Assembly: GCA_035506155.1 (NCBI GenBank)
Contig: DATJPX010000160.1
Coordinates: forward strand, 309-64,308
Direction of reading: 5' to 3'
DNA length: 64,000 nt
DNA from: Anaerolineales bacterium
GTDB lineage: Bacteria > Chloroflexota > Anaerolineae > Anaerolineales > Villigracilaceae
Shown: positions 1 through 8,403 of the stretch, piece after piece
Numbering within the stretch: position 1 is the first letter of the stretch
Layout of the letters: every line of letters starts with the position of its first letter
The notes under the pieces: generated by a model
What the model saw: only the letters and a program-made list of their open reading frames with translations
What the model was told of the DNA's origin: nothing
Databases searched by the model: none
Program-made: the position numbers and the translations under genes

Positions 1-223
1 GACTGATAAACGGTTCCGACCCTGCAACAGCCACGGTTTCAAAGCTTGTTATGACCTGATCGAAATAGGCTTCCAGGTTCTTGAGATGTGGAAAAGAATT
101 GTATGAATCCCTGTTTACCCCCATAGCCGGCAACCATTCATTCCAGGCGATCTCCCAGCTCCGCTCGAGAGCCTGGAACAGCTCCGGACTCTCGTTTTTC
201 AGCCGTTCCCTAAGCACGTTCAT
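1..223 (-). CDS. hypothetical protein, N-terminal ~74 codons only (gene runs off the left window edge)
   Basis: ATG at 221-223 (minus) preceded by GGAGG (rc of 229-233). The frame MNVLRERLKNESPELFQALERSWEIAWNEWLPAMGVNRDSYNSFPHLKNLEAYFDQ... stays open to position 1. Absent from the ORF track because there is no stop in the window. No family recognised. Confidence 0.4.
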   Translation of the reverse strand, partial: MNVLRERLKNESPELFQALERSWEIAWNEWLPAMGVNRDSYNSFPHLKNLEAYFDQVITSFETVAVAGSEPFIS

Positions 224-494
224 ACTAACCTCCCACTTCCCCAACCCATTAATTTCAACGACAGGTGGCTTACTCCTGGTACCCGGTAGATCGGGGGTAG
301 CTTGCCGAAAACCTTACACCTTTTCCCATCCAGTATCCAGTGGCAAGTATAGCAAACATTTCGCATTGCAACAACATACTCAAATTGGAACGAATTGAAG
401 TGTCATTCCAGCACAAACCCACCCTGACGGACCGGAGGGTCTTGGATTGTTTTCTAATAAAATCCCAATGTATGCTTTACCTTGGCAGCAAAGA

Positions 495-1946
495 TCACCT
501 CCCGAACGGCCACGGGACGGTCGTCTTGCGAATGGCTTTGAAGGCGATATCGCCGGTACCACCGGCCCAGGGGAGATCGGGCAGGGGGATCGTCAGCCCA
601 TTCCTGGACCCACTTCCGGAAGAGGAAACCGTGGTCGCGCCGATGATCTTCCCAGTGGATGTATCGTAAAAATCCACCTGACAGGTGATCTTTGCAGAAG
701 TCGGTAAGGGGATGGTAAACATGGGTCTCTTCTTTACCACCGGCCTGGCAACCGGCCAGTCAGGCGGCACACAGCCAGGCTCCCGCAGCCAGCCGAGGAG
801 CACGTCCCAGCTGCCCAGCAGCGCTCCCACCAGGGTGGGAGGAAGCAGGCCGGAGATCGGTAGCGGCTCGAACTTTGCCAGGTCCAGGCCTTTGATGAAC
901 TGCGCCGCCCCCTCTTCCATGTCGGCGTATTTTTGGAGGAACGGCCATCCAAGCGGCGGGAAATAGATCCCGAAGCTGTCCTCCCAGAAGAGGGCCCGGG
1001 CGTTCATCGCCCCGGAGAGCATGCCCGCCCAGATGGCATGCTTGATCCCGATCGCAGCCCTTGGCGCGGTCGTCAGGGTGGTCTGGCCGCCGCTCGCGTT
1101 CATCGGCTCGGCGGCGCACAGGCCGGACTCGCCGATCAGAACCGGCTTCCCATAATCCGTCCGATTTTGCCGGATCATCCGGAGGATGTCTGTATCGAGA
1201 TTGCCGCCGGGCTCGTATGGATGGATCTGGATGAAATCGAGCGAAGGACTTTTGTAGAAGTCGAACCATGGATTGGTATTCCCGCCTCCCAGAGAGGCCG
1301 TGATGGGCCGCCCGGCAGGGTCGGCGCCCCGCACGGCCTGGGCCGCCGCCTCGACGAAGGATCGGGCAGCCGCTTCGGGCACGTAGACGTCCGGGGACGC
1401 GCTGACTAGGGTAAGGTTGGCTTCGGAATAGACTTCCCAGGCGAGGATATTCCCGATCGCGCCCCATTTCCCGACTACGTTGGCCAGCCAGCCCAGCCAT
1501 GTATCGTGGATATAAGTTCCTCTCTTGAAAAGGTCGGCCGGGTCGCGCGAGCCGTCATTGAACGGATTGTGGGTCCAACCGTTTTCCGTGCCGGGTTCCG
1601 GGGGATTCCAATTCGCCCATCCGGTGAAGACCGGGAGGACATAAATGCCCCGGCTGGCCGCCCTCTGAAACAGGTCCCGCCAGTTTTGGTCCCACTCCGC
1701 CACGATATTCCCGGAGCCATCGAACCCATAACCATAGTGGCCGGGGACCCCGCCCATGACCATATTGTCCAGACCCACCCGGGCCACCCGACTGCCGGCT
1801 TTTGCCATCCAGTCCAGCATTGGATCGTAATCGCTTCTTTGAACGCCCGCCAAATTGCGGGTGAAGAGGACGCTCTGGCGGCCATCGACGCTAAAATAAT
1901 GATCTCCGGGTTGTACTGTGATCGTAGGAAGCCTGCTCATCTCCAT
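495..1946 (-). CDS. glycoside hydrolase, GH5-like (clan GH-A TIM barrel) with an extra C-terminal beta-rich domain; no signal peptide
   Basis: 483-aa ORF with ATG start. Motifs LAWEVYSEAN (NE-type acid/base position) and VLIGESG (nucleophile Glu) are spaced as in GH5 cellulase/mannanase-type enzymes. Confidence 0.65.
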   Translation of the reverse strand: MEMSRLPTITVQPGDHYFSVDGRQSVLFTRNLAGVQRSDYDPMLDWMAKAGSRVARVGLDNMVMGGVPGHYGYGFDGSGNIVAEWDQNWRDLFQRAASRGIYVLPVFTGWANWNPPEPGTENGWTHNPFNDGSRDPADLFKRGTYIHDTWLGWLANVVGKWGAIGNILAWEVYSEANLTLVSASPDVYVPEAAARSFVEAAAQAVRGADPAGRPITASLGGGNTNPWFDFYKSPSLDFIQIHPYEPGGNLDTDILRMIRQNRTDYGKPVLIGESGLCAAEPMNASGGQTTLTTAPRAAIGIKHAIWAGMLSGAMNARALFWEDSFGIYFPPLGWPFLQKYADMEEGAAQFIKGLDLAKFEPLPISGLLPPTLVGALLGSWDVLLGWLREPGCVPPDWPVARPVVKKRPMFTIPLPTSAKITCQVDFYDTSTGKIIGATTVSSSGSGSRNGLTIPLPDLPWAGGTGDIAFKAIRKTTVPWPFGR

Positions 1947-2163
1947 TTACCCTTTCCGCAAATCATCGATCGTCATCTCCTGTATAGACGGCAATCAATT
2001 TTAAGGGGGTCCCCGAGGCAGCAAATCGATTTTGCTCTGGGTGAAGGTATACCCGACCCGGCGGACATGCTTGAGCATTTCTCATATGCCATCATTGAAG
2101 GCGTCGCGCCGATTGCACAGACCTGTGAGCCATTTTGGTTGCACTGGAAAACATCAGTTTTCC

Positions 2164-2193
2164 TTGACAAATTTTCTTCAGTATAAGTATAAT
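2164..2193 (+). promoter_or_regulatory. sigma70-type promoter: TTGACA (2164-2169), 18-bp spacer, TATAAT (2188-2193)
   Basis: Both hexamers are perfect consensus and lie in an intergenic AT-rich stretch. Confidence 0.55.
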
Positions 2194-2199
2194 CATTCT

Positions 2200-2345
2200 G
2201 TGCAGTGAATCGTCGTTGCACTTGGCCGTGAGAAATGACTCACTGGCCTCCTTCGTGAGCTAGACTTCGGGCTGTCCCAAAAAACGGGATGCCACATGAG
2301 CAGCATTTGCATAATATGCTGAAAGTGTGGCATCCCGTTTTTTTG
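2200..2345 (+). ncRNA. candidate small RNA (~145 nt) between the consensus promoter and a strong intrinsic terminator
   Basis: Predicted start is about 7 nt after the -10. Hairpins at 2200-2221 (gtgca/tgcac) and 2224-2248 (ggccgtgag/ctcac-t-ggcc), with an exposed CCUCC at 2247-2251. Long terminator hairpin at 2285-2337 plus a T-run. The only ORF inside is 7 codons. Confidence 0.3.
2276..2345. terminator. bidirectional rho-independent terminator
   Basis: 12-bp stem cgggatgccaca (2285-2296) / tgtggcatcccg (2326-2337). The loop contains a sub-hairpin (agcat/atgct). An A-run lies 5' and a T-run 3' (2338-2344). Confidence 0.6.
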
Positions 2346-2812
2346 TTTAATTTTTTGTCCAAACACCGGAGAAGCAGTCTTCACTACCCATGACCAGATG
2401 AGAAAGCCTCTTTTCGTGAAAATAACGACTCTCGGCGTGGCGACCAAATCTGCCGCCTTTCTATTGTCAGTACCAGCCTGGTATGGCTGTTACTCTTCGC
2501 GAGGAAGCAATGCAACTCCATAATTGCTTCGTATTCGTAAGCAGTACTTGGGACAGGAGCAAGTCATAGAAAATCGGCCACAACGCGAATGGCGATTGGC
2601 AGGCCACCATACGACAATCCTTGCTCGGATTAGTCGAATTGGGTGAATTAGAGTGTTACACAGACCCTGACAAGGAAAATTTCGTTGGCACCAACGAGCA
2701 GATCCGGACCATCGGCCAGCCAGCGTTACACAAAATCGGTCCATTTCGCCTTCTTGGCGACCGGCTTAACAGTGTTCCAACATAATCGATTTTCAAAAAG
2801 GAGAACTGTTTC

Positions 2813-3784
2813 ATGTCAACATCATCTGTATCACATCAAATCAGCCTCTGCATGGACTCGCTGTTTTTATCCAAAGAGGAAATAGATGAGATGAAATCTG
2901 AGCTTGGGGTTACTTCCCTGAAGCGCGCCCTCCGGAAAGGATGTGATCCAACTCGCCCGATTCCTTATATCCTCTCCTATGAATCATATCGCAGCTATTT
3001 TCGGGCAGCCCGGACATTCTTTAAGCGCGCACAACTCGATTCCGGAAAAAAGCTGCTCAAGGACCTTCTAAACCGGAATGTTATTTTGGCAACCTATGAG
3101 AAGTATTATACTGAGCAAGCGCCCGGAACTGTATCCAAAGCGCAAAGTGCGATCAAGAAGGTGTATGAAGGAGCGCTCAAATTAGGCTGGGTCAAAGGGC
3201 CATGTCCGATCGAAAATGATTTCCGGGATCGAATGCGCGTCCACTATCGGCCGCCTCGCTACGGATATCAGCCCAAGGATGCTCAACGCATCGTAAGCTA
3301 CCTGGTCGAATCGAAATCGTCATGCGCCCTTGCAGCCAAACTTTCCTTATATTGTGGTTTGCGGGAGCACGAGGTTGCGGGTCTCATGGGAGAACATATC
3401 GACAGGAAACGCAAGGTGCTGTGCATTACAGGCAAAAATGGGCGCTATCGGGAGGTGCCGATCCCAGAGAGACTGCTTCCTGAATTAACTGTCGCATCAG
3501 GATACCTCTTCACTCCCAGCAGGTCTTGGCGTAATTTCTATTGGCAGGAAGTCTCCAAGGCAGACAAGAATTTGGGGATTGAAATTACTGGTGTGCACCG
3601 ATTGCGGTCGACCTATGCGCAAATGAAATACTCCAAACTTCGATCGATGGGGGCGGATGATAAAAGTGCTCGCCAGGAGGTTTCCAAATTACTCGGCCAT
3701 GGGCGCCGGAGCGTTACATTCCACTATATACCGGAATGTTTTGACTGGGAAACATACAGGGAATATATTTCCTTGTACGATTAA
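2813..3784 (+). CDS. tyrosine recombinase / phage-integrase family protein
   Basis: 323 aa; AGGAG sits 10 nt upstream of the ATG. Catalytic signature is in order: R (CGLREHEV), K (ITGKNGRYREVPIP), HxxR (VHRLRSTYA), H (LLGHGR), Y (VTFHYI). Confidence 0.85.
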   Translation: MSTSSVSHQISLCMDSLFLSKEEIDEMKSELGVTSLKRALRKGCDPTRPIPYILSYESYRSYFRAARTFFKRAQLDSGKKLLKDLLNRNVILATYEKYYTEQAPGTVSKAQSAIKKVYEGALKLGWVKGPCPIENDFRDRMRVHYRPPRYGYQPKDAQRIVSYLVESKSSCALAAKLSLYCGLREHEVAGLMGEHIDRKRKVLCITGKNGRYREVPIPERLLPELTVASGYLFTPSRSWRNFYWQEVSKADKNLGIEITGVHRLRSTYAQMKYSKLRSMGADDKSARQEVSKLLGHGRRSVTFHYIPECFDWETYREYISLYD

Positions 3785-4119
3785 TACTACTAGGCAAAGG
3801 TAAAAAATGATGATCGAAATAGCTTGAAACGAAAAACCATGGATTCTTTTCTCCAATCAAGAGCCGGGGGGAAGGAGAAGATACAATAGTGAACAGGAAT
3901 GTAACCGAGACTCGTCCTGCGCCAGAATGCAATTTAAGTCATCAAGATATTGATGTATTCGAGGAAGAAATGACAGGCGACTTGGAAGAATTTGAAAATG
4001 CCTACGCGCGGGCAGGATGGTTTCCGTGATCGGCCGGGCACAAGCGTAATTTTTCAAGTAGAATCATCCCCTGGAACTGCCGCCATTTACCAGTAGCCAA
4101 GAAAGTAAGGAGCATTCCC

Positions 4120-4968
4120 ATGAACAGCATGCAAGGCAAGTGTGTCGTCGTCACCGGCCCCACCTCCGGGATCGGGAAGGAGATCGCCGTCCAGTTGGCC
4201 GGCCTGGGGGCCGAAGTCGTCCTGGCCTGCCGGGATATGAAGAAGGGTAAGGAAGTCGCCCGGGAGATCGCCGGGAAGGCCGGCGGGGCCGAGCCGATGG
4301 TGATGCCGGTCGACACATCCAGCCAGGCTTCCATCCGGGACTTCGCAAAGGAATTCAAGAAGAGGTATCCCCGCCTGGACGTGCTGGTCAACAACGCCGG
4401 CGGCAACCGCGGCGCCCTGCCCCGGGTCTTGAGCGTCGACGGCATCGAGCTGACCTTCGCCACCAACGTGGTCGGCTATTACCTTCTCATCCACGAGTTG
4501 CGCGACCTGTTGGTGAAGAGCGCCCCGGCCCGCATCGTCAATGTGGCCTCCACCTTCGCCAGCGACCTGGACCTGGACGACCTGCAATTCGAGCGGCGTC
4601 CCTTCGAGAGCTTCAAGGCCTATGCCCAGTCGAAGGCCTGCGACCGGATGCTCACCTGGGCCCTCGCCCGCCGCGTCGATGGCAGCGGGGTGACCGCCAA
4701 CGCCATGGCCCCTGGCTTGATCACCGAGACCGAGCTGTACCGCAACGCCCCGGCCGAACTCGTCTCCCGCCTGACCCAGTACGCCCACGGCCGGACGAGC
4801 GCCCAGGGCGCCGATACGGCCGTCTGGCTGGCGAGCGACCCCGGCCTGGAGGACGTGAGCGGCAAGTTCTTCGAGGAGCGAAAAGAACTGCCCTGCGAGT
4901 TCCGCAACGAAGCCAACGAGGAAAAGCTCTGGGCTATCTGCAAGGAGCTGACTGGGGAAGGCGCGTAG
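4120..4968 (+). CDS. short-chain dehydrogenase/reductase (classical SDR, retinol-dehydrogenase-like)
   Basis: VVTGPTSGIGKE (TGxxxGxG), NNAG, YAQSKAC (YxxxK). AAGGAG lies upstream. Confidence 0.85.
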   Translation: MNSMQGKCVVVTGPTSGIGKEIAVQLAGLGAEVVLACRDMKKGKEVAREIAGKAGGAEPMVMPVDTSSQASIRDFAKEFKKRYPRLDVLVNNAGGNRGALPRVLSVDGIELTFATNVVGYYLLIHELRDLLVKSAPARIVNVASTFASDLDLDDLQFERRPFESFKAYAQSKACDRMLTWALARRVDGSGVTANAMAPGLITETELYRNAPAELVSRLTQYAHGRTSAQGADTAVWLASDPGLEDVSGKFFEERKELPCEFRNEANEEKLWAICKELTGEGA

Positions 4969-5060
4969 CCCGCCCCGTTTAAGGTATACTTTGCCTGAGG
5001 GCGGCGATCCGCCTGCCCATCAGCGTTCGACCGACCGTTTCGCACAAAGGAGAAACAGCC

Positions 5061-5189
5061 ATGAGCGGAAGTGGAAAGAGCGACAAAGGCAAGAAGGAAC
5101 AGAAGAAGAAGCCCGCGCACAGCCTGAAGGAGAAGCGCAAGCTCAAGGACGAGAAGAAGCAGAAGGGCAAATATATTCCCGGTACGTAG
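5061..5189 (+). CDS. 42-aa lysine-rich small protein (MSGSGKSDKGKKEQKKKPAHSLKEKRKLKDEKKQKGKYIPGT)
   Basis: Below the ORF-track length cutoff. ATG at 5061 with AGGAG at 5048-5052. The TAG at 5187-5189 is followed by the terminator hairpin at 5214-5252. Confidence 0.5.
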   Translation: MSGSGKSDKGKKEQKKKPAHSLKEKRKLKDEKKQKGKYIPGT

Positions 5190-5213
5190 CCCTCGATAAT
5201 AATTTACGAATTA

Positions 5214-5252
5214 AGCAAAAGACTCTGGCTTTACCTGCCAGAGTCTTTTGCT
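5214..5252. terminator. bidirectional intrinsic terminator between the micro-ORF (+) and the ABC ATPase (-)
   Basis: 16-bp perfect stem agcaaaagactctggc (5214-5229) / gccagagtcttttgct (5237-5252) with a 7-nt loop. The stem arms are A/T-rich at their outer ends. Confidence 0.7.
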
Positions 5253-5288
5253 TATTCAACGATGAAGATTTCCCGGGAATCCGGATCC

Positions 5289-6239
5289 TTATTCCGTCAA
5301 ACCGGACTTGCCGCGGTGGGCCAGGAGAGTAAAGACGTCCTCCAGGGTGGATTCGACCGTCTCGACCGAATGGACGGCGACGTTCTTCGCCTTCAAGGCC
5401 TTGGTCAGGCGCGCCGGCGTCCACTGCTTTGGGTCGACGATGACGTGGGCCCGGTCCCCGTGCAGGCTGGCCTGGGCTACCCCTTCCATCCCCTCCAGGG
5501 TGTCCACCGCTTCGAGGAGCGGATCGGCGGCCAGGTCCCAGGCGGCACCCGACAGGTAGGTCGATTTGAGCGCCCGGGGGGAGTCGAAGGCCAACAGCTT
5601 GCTGCGGTACATGAATCCGACCCGGCTGCAGTGCTCGGCCTCGTCCATGTAGTGGGTGGTGATGAAGACGGTCGTCCCTTCGGAGGCGAATTGGTAGATC
5701 AGATCCCAGAACTCCCGGCGGGCCACCGGGTCGACGCCGCTGGTGGGCTCGTCCAGGAAGAGCAGCGGCGGGCGGTGGAGCATGGCGCAGCCCAGGGCCA
5801 GACGCTGGCGCCACCCGCCCGAGAGGCTTCCGGTCAGGGAGCGGGTCCGCAGCTCGAGTCCCGCCGTGCGGATAACCTCGGCGATGCGCTCCTTCTCGGT
5901 CGCCAGGGGGATCTCGTAGACCCCGGCGTAGAACTCCAGGTTCTCCTGGACGGTCAGCTCGTCGTAGAGGGAGAATTTCTGCGACATGTAGCCGATGTGC
6001 GGCTTGATCGCCTCGGCGTTCTTCACCACATCCTCCCCCAGGATCGTGGCCGTCCCCTCGCTGGGGGTCAGCAGGCCGCACAACATCCGGATGGTGGTGG
6101 TCTTGCCGCTGCCGTTCGGGCCGAGGTAGCCAATCACCTCACCCGGCTGGACGGTGAACGAAACATGGTCCACGGCGGTGAACGAGCCGAAGCGCCGGGT
6201 CAGGCCCTGGACGTCCAGGGCCGGGATGTCATTGCTCAT
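5289..6239 (-). CDS. ABC transporter ATP-binding protein (ABC-2/DrrA-like)
   Basis: Walker A GPNGSGKTT, signature LSGGWRQRL, Walker B LLFLDEPTSGVD. Confidence 0.9.
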   Translation of the reverse strand: MSNDIPALDVQGLTRRFGSFTAVDHVSFTVQPGEVIGYLGPNGSGKTTTIRMLCGLLTPSEGTATILGEDVVKNAEAIKPHIGYMSQKFSLYDELTVQENLEFYAGVYEIPLATEKERIAEVIRTAGLELRTRSLTGSLSGGWRQRLALGCAMLHRPPLLFLDEPTSGVDPVARREFWDLIYQFASEGTTVFITTHYMDEAEHCSRVGFMYRSKLLAFDSPRALKSTYLSGAAWDLAADPLLEAVDTLEGMEGVAQASLHGDRAHVIVDPKQWTPARLTKALKAKNVAVHSVETVESTLEDVFTLLAHRGKSGLTE

Positions 6240-7176
6240 GGGCTTGTTCTTCCTCCAGGAGCTGGATGAAAACGTCCTCCAGGGAGGGCGCCACCGGGAT
6301 CAGGTGGGTCAGCGGCACGCCCGCCTCTTCCATGCGCTTGGGCAGGCGCTTCAGGGGCCCCTTGGCCGAGCGGACCCGCAGGTGCAGGTACTCGCCGAAG
6401 GTGTGCACGTCCTCCACATCGGGGTCCTCGGCGGCAATCCGCCGGGCAGCCATGCTCTGCTCGGTGGCCAGCTCGAGGATCCGTCCCGCCAGGGTCTGCA
6501 TCAGGTCGCGCGGGGCGCCCTGGGTCAGGGCCTTGCCGTGGTTCATGAAGATGACCCGGTTGAAGCGCATGGCTTCGTCCATGTAGGGGGTGCTGACGAG
6601 GACGGCCGAGCCAGCCCGGAGCAGTCCAATCAACAGGTGCCAGAACTCCTGGCGGGCCACCGGGTCCACCCCACCGGTCGGCTCGTCGAGCAGGAGCACC
6701 TTCGGGCGGTGGACCAGGGCGGTCGCCAGGCCGAGTTTCTTCTGCATGCCGCCCGAGAGGGCCGCCGCCGGCCGGTTGGCGAACTCCTCCAACCCGGCGA
6801 AGCGCAACAGTTCATCCGAGCGCTGCTTGCGCTCGGCGTCCGGGATGTCGAAGACCTCGCCGTAGAACTCCAGGTTCTCCCGCACGGTCAGGTCGCCGTA
6901 TAGGCTGAAGCGCTGGGCCAGGTAGCCGAGCTCCTCCCGGGCCTTTTCGACCTGGGCGGGCAGCTCGTACCCGGCAATACGGACCTGGCCGCGGGTGGGC
7001 TGGAGGGCCCCGACCATCAGGCGGATGGCAGTGGTCTTGCCGGCCCCATCCGGGCCGACCAGGCCGACCATCTCGCCGGCCCGGACCTCGATGTTCAGCC
7101 CGTCGACTGCGTTCAGCGGGCCGAACGACCGGACCAGGTCCCGGGTCTCCAGCAGAATTTCGGGTTCCGTGCTCAT
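6229..7176 (-). CDS. ABC transporter ATP-binding protein (second, paralogous)
   Basis: GPDGAGKTT, LSGGMQKKL, LLLDEPTGGVD. Overlaps the downstream ATPase gene by 11 nt. Confidence 0.9.
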   Translation of the reverse strand: MSTEPEILLETRDLVRSFGPLNAVDGLNIEVRAGEMVGLVGPDGAGKTTAIRLMVGALQPTRGQVRIAGYELPAQVEKAREELGYLAQRFSLYGDLTVRENLEFYGEVFDIPDAERKQRSDELLRFAGLEEFANRPAAALSGGMQKKLGLATALVHRPKVLLLDEPTGGVDPVARQEFWHLLIGLLRAGSAVLVSTPYMDEAMRFNRVIFMNHGKALTQGAPRDLMQTLAGRILELATEQSMAARRIAAEDPDVEDVHTFGEYLHLRVRSAKGPLKRLPKRMEEAGVPLTHLIPVAPSLEDVFIQLLEEEQAHEQ

Positions 7177-8375
7177 TTCGCGTTGAAGACGACGTCGGCG
7201 GGCATGCCAGGTTTCAACCGGCCGGTGATATCGCTCAGGCTGAGCTTGACCGCAAAGACAGTGTTCTTGCGCCCGGAGACGGTCTGGACGTTGCGGGGGG
7301 TGAACTCCGCCTGGTCCGAGATGTAGCTGACGGTGGCATTGAAGACGACCCCCGGGAAGGAGTCGACGCTCACGCTGGCGGTCTCGCCGAGCTTGACTTC
7401 GCCCAGGCGATCCTCCGGCACGTAGACCGTGATGGTCAGTTCGTCCAGGCGGCCGAGGGTGAACAGGGCTGCCCCGGCATTCACCACGCTGCCGGGCTCG
7501 GCGTTGCGGGCCATCACCACCCCGTCCACGGGGGCGACGACGGTCGTCTTCTTGATCTGGTCGTCCAGCAGGTTCAGGTTCGCCTGGGCCATGCGGATGT
7601 TGAGCCGGGCCTGTTCGATCTGAGCCAGGGCCGCCCCGGTGGCATTATCCGGGACCTGACCGCCGGTCAGGTCGGTGACCAGGGCCTGGTCCTCGGCCAG
7701 CTTGGCCGTCAGCAACGCCACGGCCGCCGTCTTCAGGTTGATCTGTTCCTGGTTGTTCTTGCCGGACCAGGTGTTGTAGACGAACAGGGCGTTGTTATAG
7801 TTCTGCTGGGCGGCATACAACTGCTGGTAGGCCTTGGCCTTGACCGTGCTCGTCTCCACCTCGCCGCCCAGGTTGTTGTAGGCGTCCTGGGCCTTGGACA
7901 GCTTGTCCGCAGCCAGGGTCAGGCTGGCCAGGGCATTCTGGATGGCGCCGGTGTTCCGGCTGAAGTAGAGCTGGTTGTTCAGGGAGGTCTGGGCGTTGTC
8001 GAGGTCGATCTGGTCCTGGGCGGCGGCCCTCTGGGCGTTGGCCAGGATGGTCGGGGAGGTCAGCTGGAGCAGGGCCAACTGGGCCGTCTCCAGGTTGACC
8101 TGGGCGATCGCCCGCTGGTCGGTAAGGATGGAGTTGTCGAGCTGGACGAGCACGTCGCCGCTCTTGACGACGTCGCCTTCCCGCACATTCACCTGGAGGA
8201 TCTTCCCGGCGGTCTCCGGGGCGATGTTGATCTCGGTCGTCTCGACGGTCCCCGAAGCAGTCAGGGCGCCCGCTGCGGCGGTCCCGGTCGGGCGCAGGAA
8301 GAAATACCAGGCGATAAATCCGATCGCCGCCACGGCCAGAACGATCGGCAGGATGATTCTTGGGTTCCGTTTCAT
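7173..8375 (-). CDS. HlyD-family membrane fusion / periplasmic adaptor protein
   Basis: Trimmed to the ATG at 8375 (MKRNPRIILPIVLAVAAIGFIAWYFF, a TM anchor) with AAGGAA upstream. Has a long coiled-coil Ala/Gln/Leu region and a C-terminal beta-barrel (GMPADVVF). Confidence 0.8.
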   Translation of the reverse strand: MKRNPRIILPIVLAVAAIGFIAWYFFLRPTGTAAAGALTASGTVETTEINIAPETAGKILQVNVREGDVVKSGDVLVQLDNSILTDQRAIAQVNLETAQLALLQLTSPTILANAQRAAAQDQIDLDNAQTSLNNQLYFSRNTGAIQNALASLTLAADKLSKAQDAYNNLGGEVETSTVKAKAYQQLYAAQQNYNNALFVYNTWSGKNNQEQINLKTAAVALLTAKLAEDQALVTDLTGGQVPDNATGAALAQIEQARLNIRMAQANLNLLDDQIKKTTVVAPVDGVVMARNAEPGSVVNAGAALFTLGRLDELTITVYVPEDRLGEVKLGETASVSVDSFPGVVFNATVSYISDQAEFTPRNVQTVSGRKNTVFAVKLSLSDITGRLKPGMPADVVFNAK

Positions 8376-8403
8376 GAGCAATTTCCTTTCGGTATCGAAC
8401 AGG

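Larger units (their letters stand above)
1950..4110. mobile_element. lower-GC islet carrying a lone tyrosine recombinase; possible remnant of an integrative element, boundaries not defined
   Basis: Visibly AT-richer than the flanking GH5 and SDR genes. Contains an integrase gene, an sRNA-like cassette and short broken reading frames. No convincing terminal repeats. Confidence 0.3.

Noticed and set aside
2114-2204. Idea that the consensus promoter at 2164-2193 is an invertible switch (inverton) operated by the nearby recombinase and able to drive the GH5 gene when flipped
   Set aside because: The only flanking inverted repeat I could find is 8 bp (tgcacaga 2114-2121 / tctgtgca 2197-2204). That is within chance expectation for these window sizes, and known invertons have longer repeats. 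It would need long-read evidence of both orientations.
2524-2785. Two short protein-like frames upstream of the integrase, as a possible excisionase or regulator gene
   Set aside because: There is no ATG or SD. The frames are broken by stops and a frame shift, so these are more likely pseudogene debris.
3889-4029. 46-codon GTG ORF with an AAGGAG upstream (VNRNVTETRPAPECNLSHQDIDVFEEEMTGDLEEFENAYARAGWFP)
   Set aside because: It is plausible but unsupported. There is no recognisable family, no terminator, and it lies in decayed islet DNA. It is mentioned under the islet finding rather than called as a feature.
1943-4091. 9-bp direct repeat ccatttacc at both edges of the low-GC islet (1943-1951 and 4083-4091) as possible att/target duplication
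   Set aside because: A 9-mer match between two ~200-bp flanks is not statistically compelling, with a chance of roughly one in seven by rough estimate. The left copy also overlaps the GH5 start codon.
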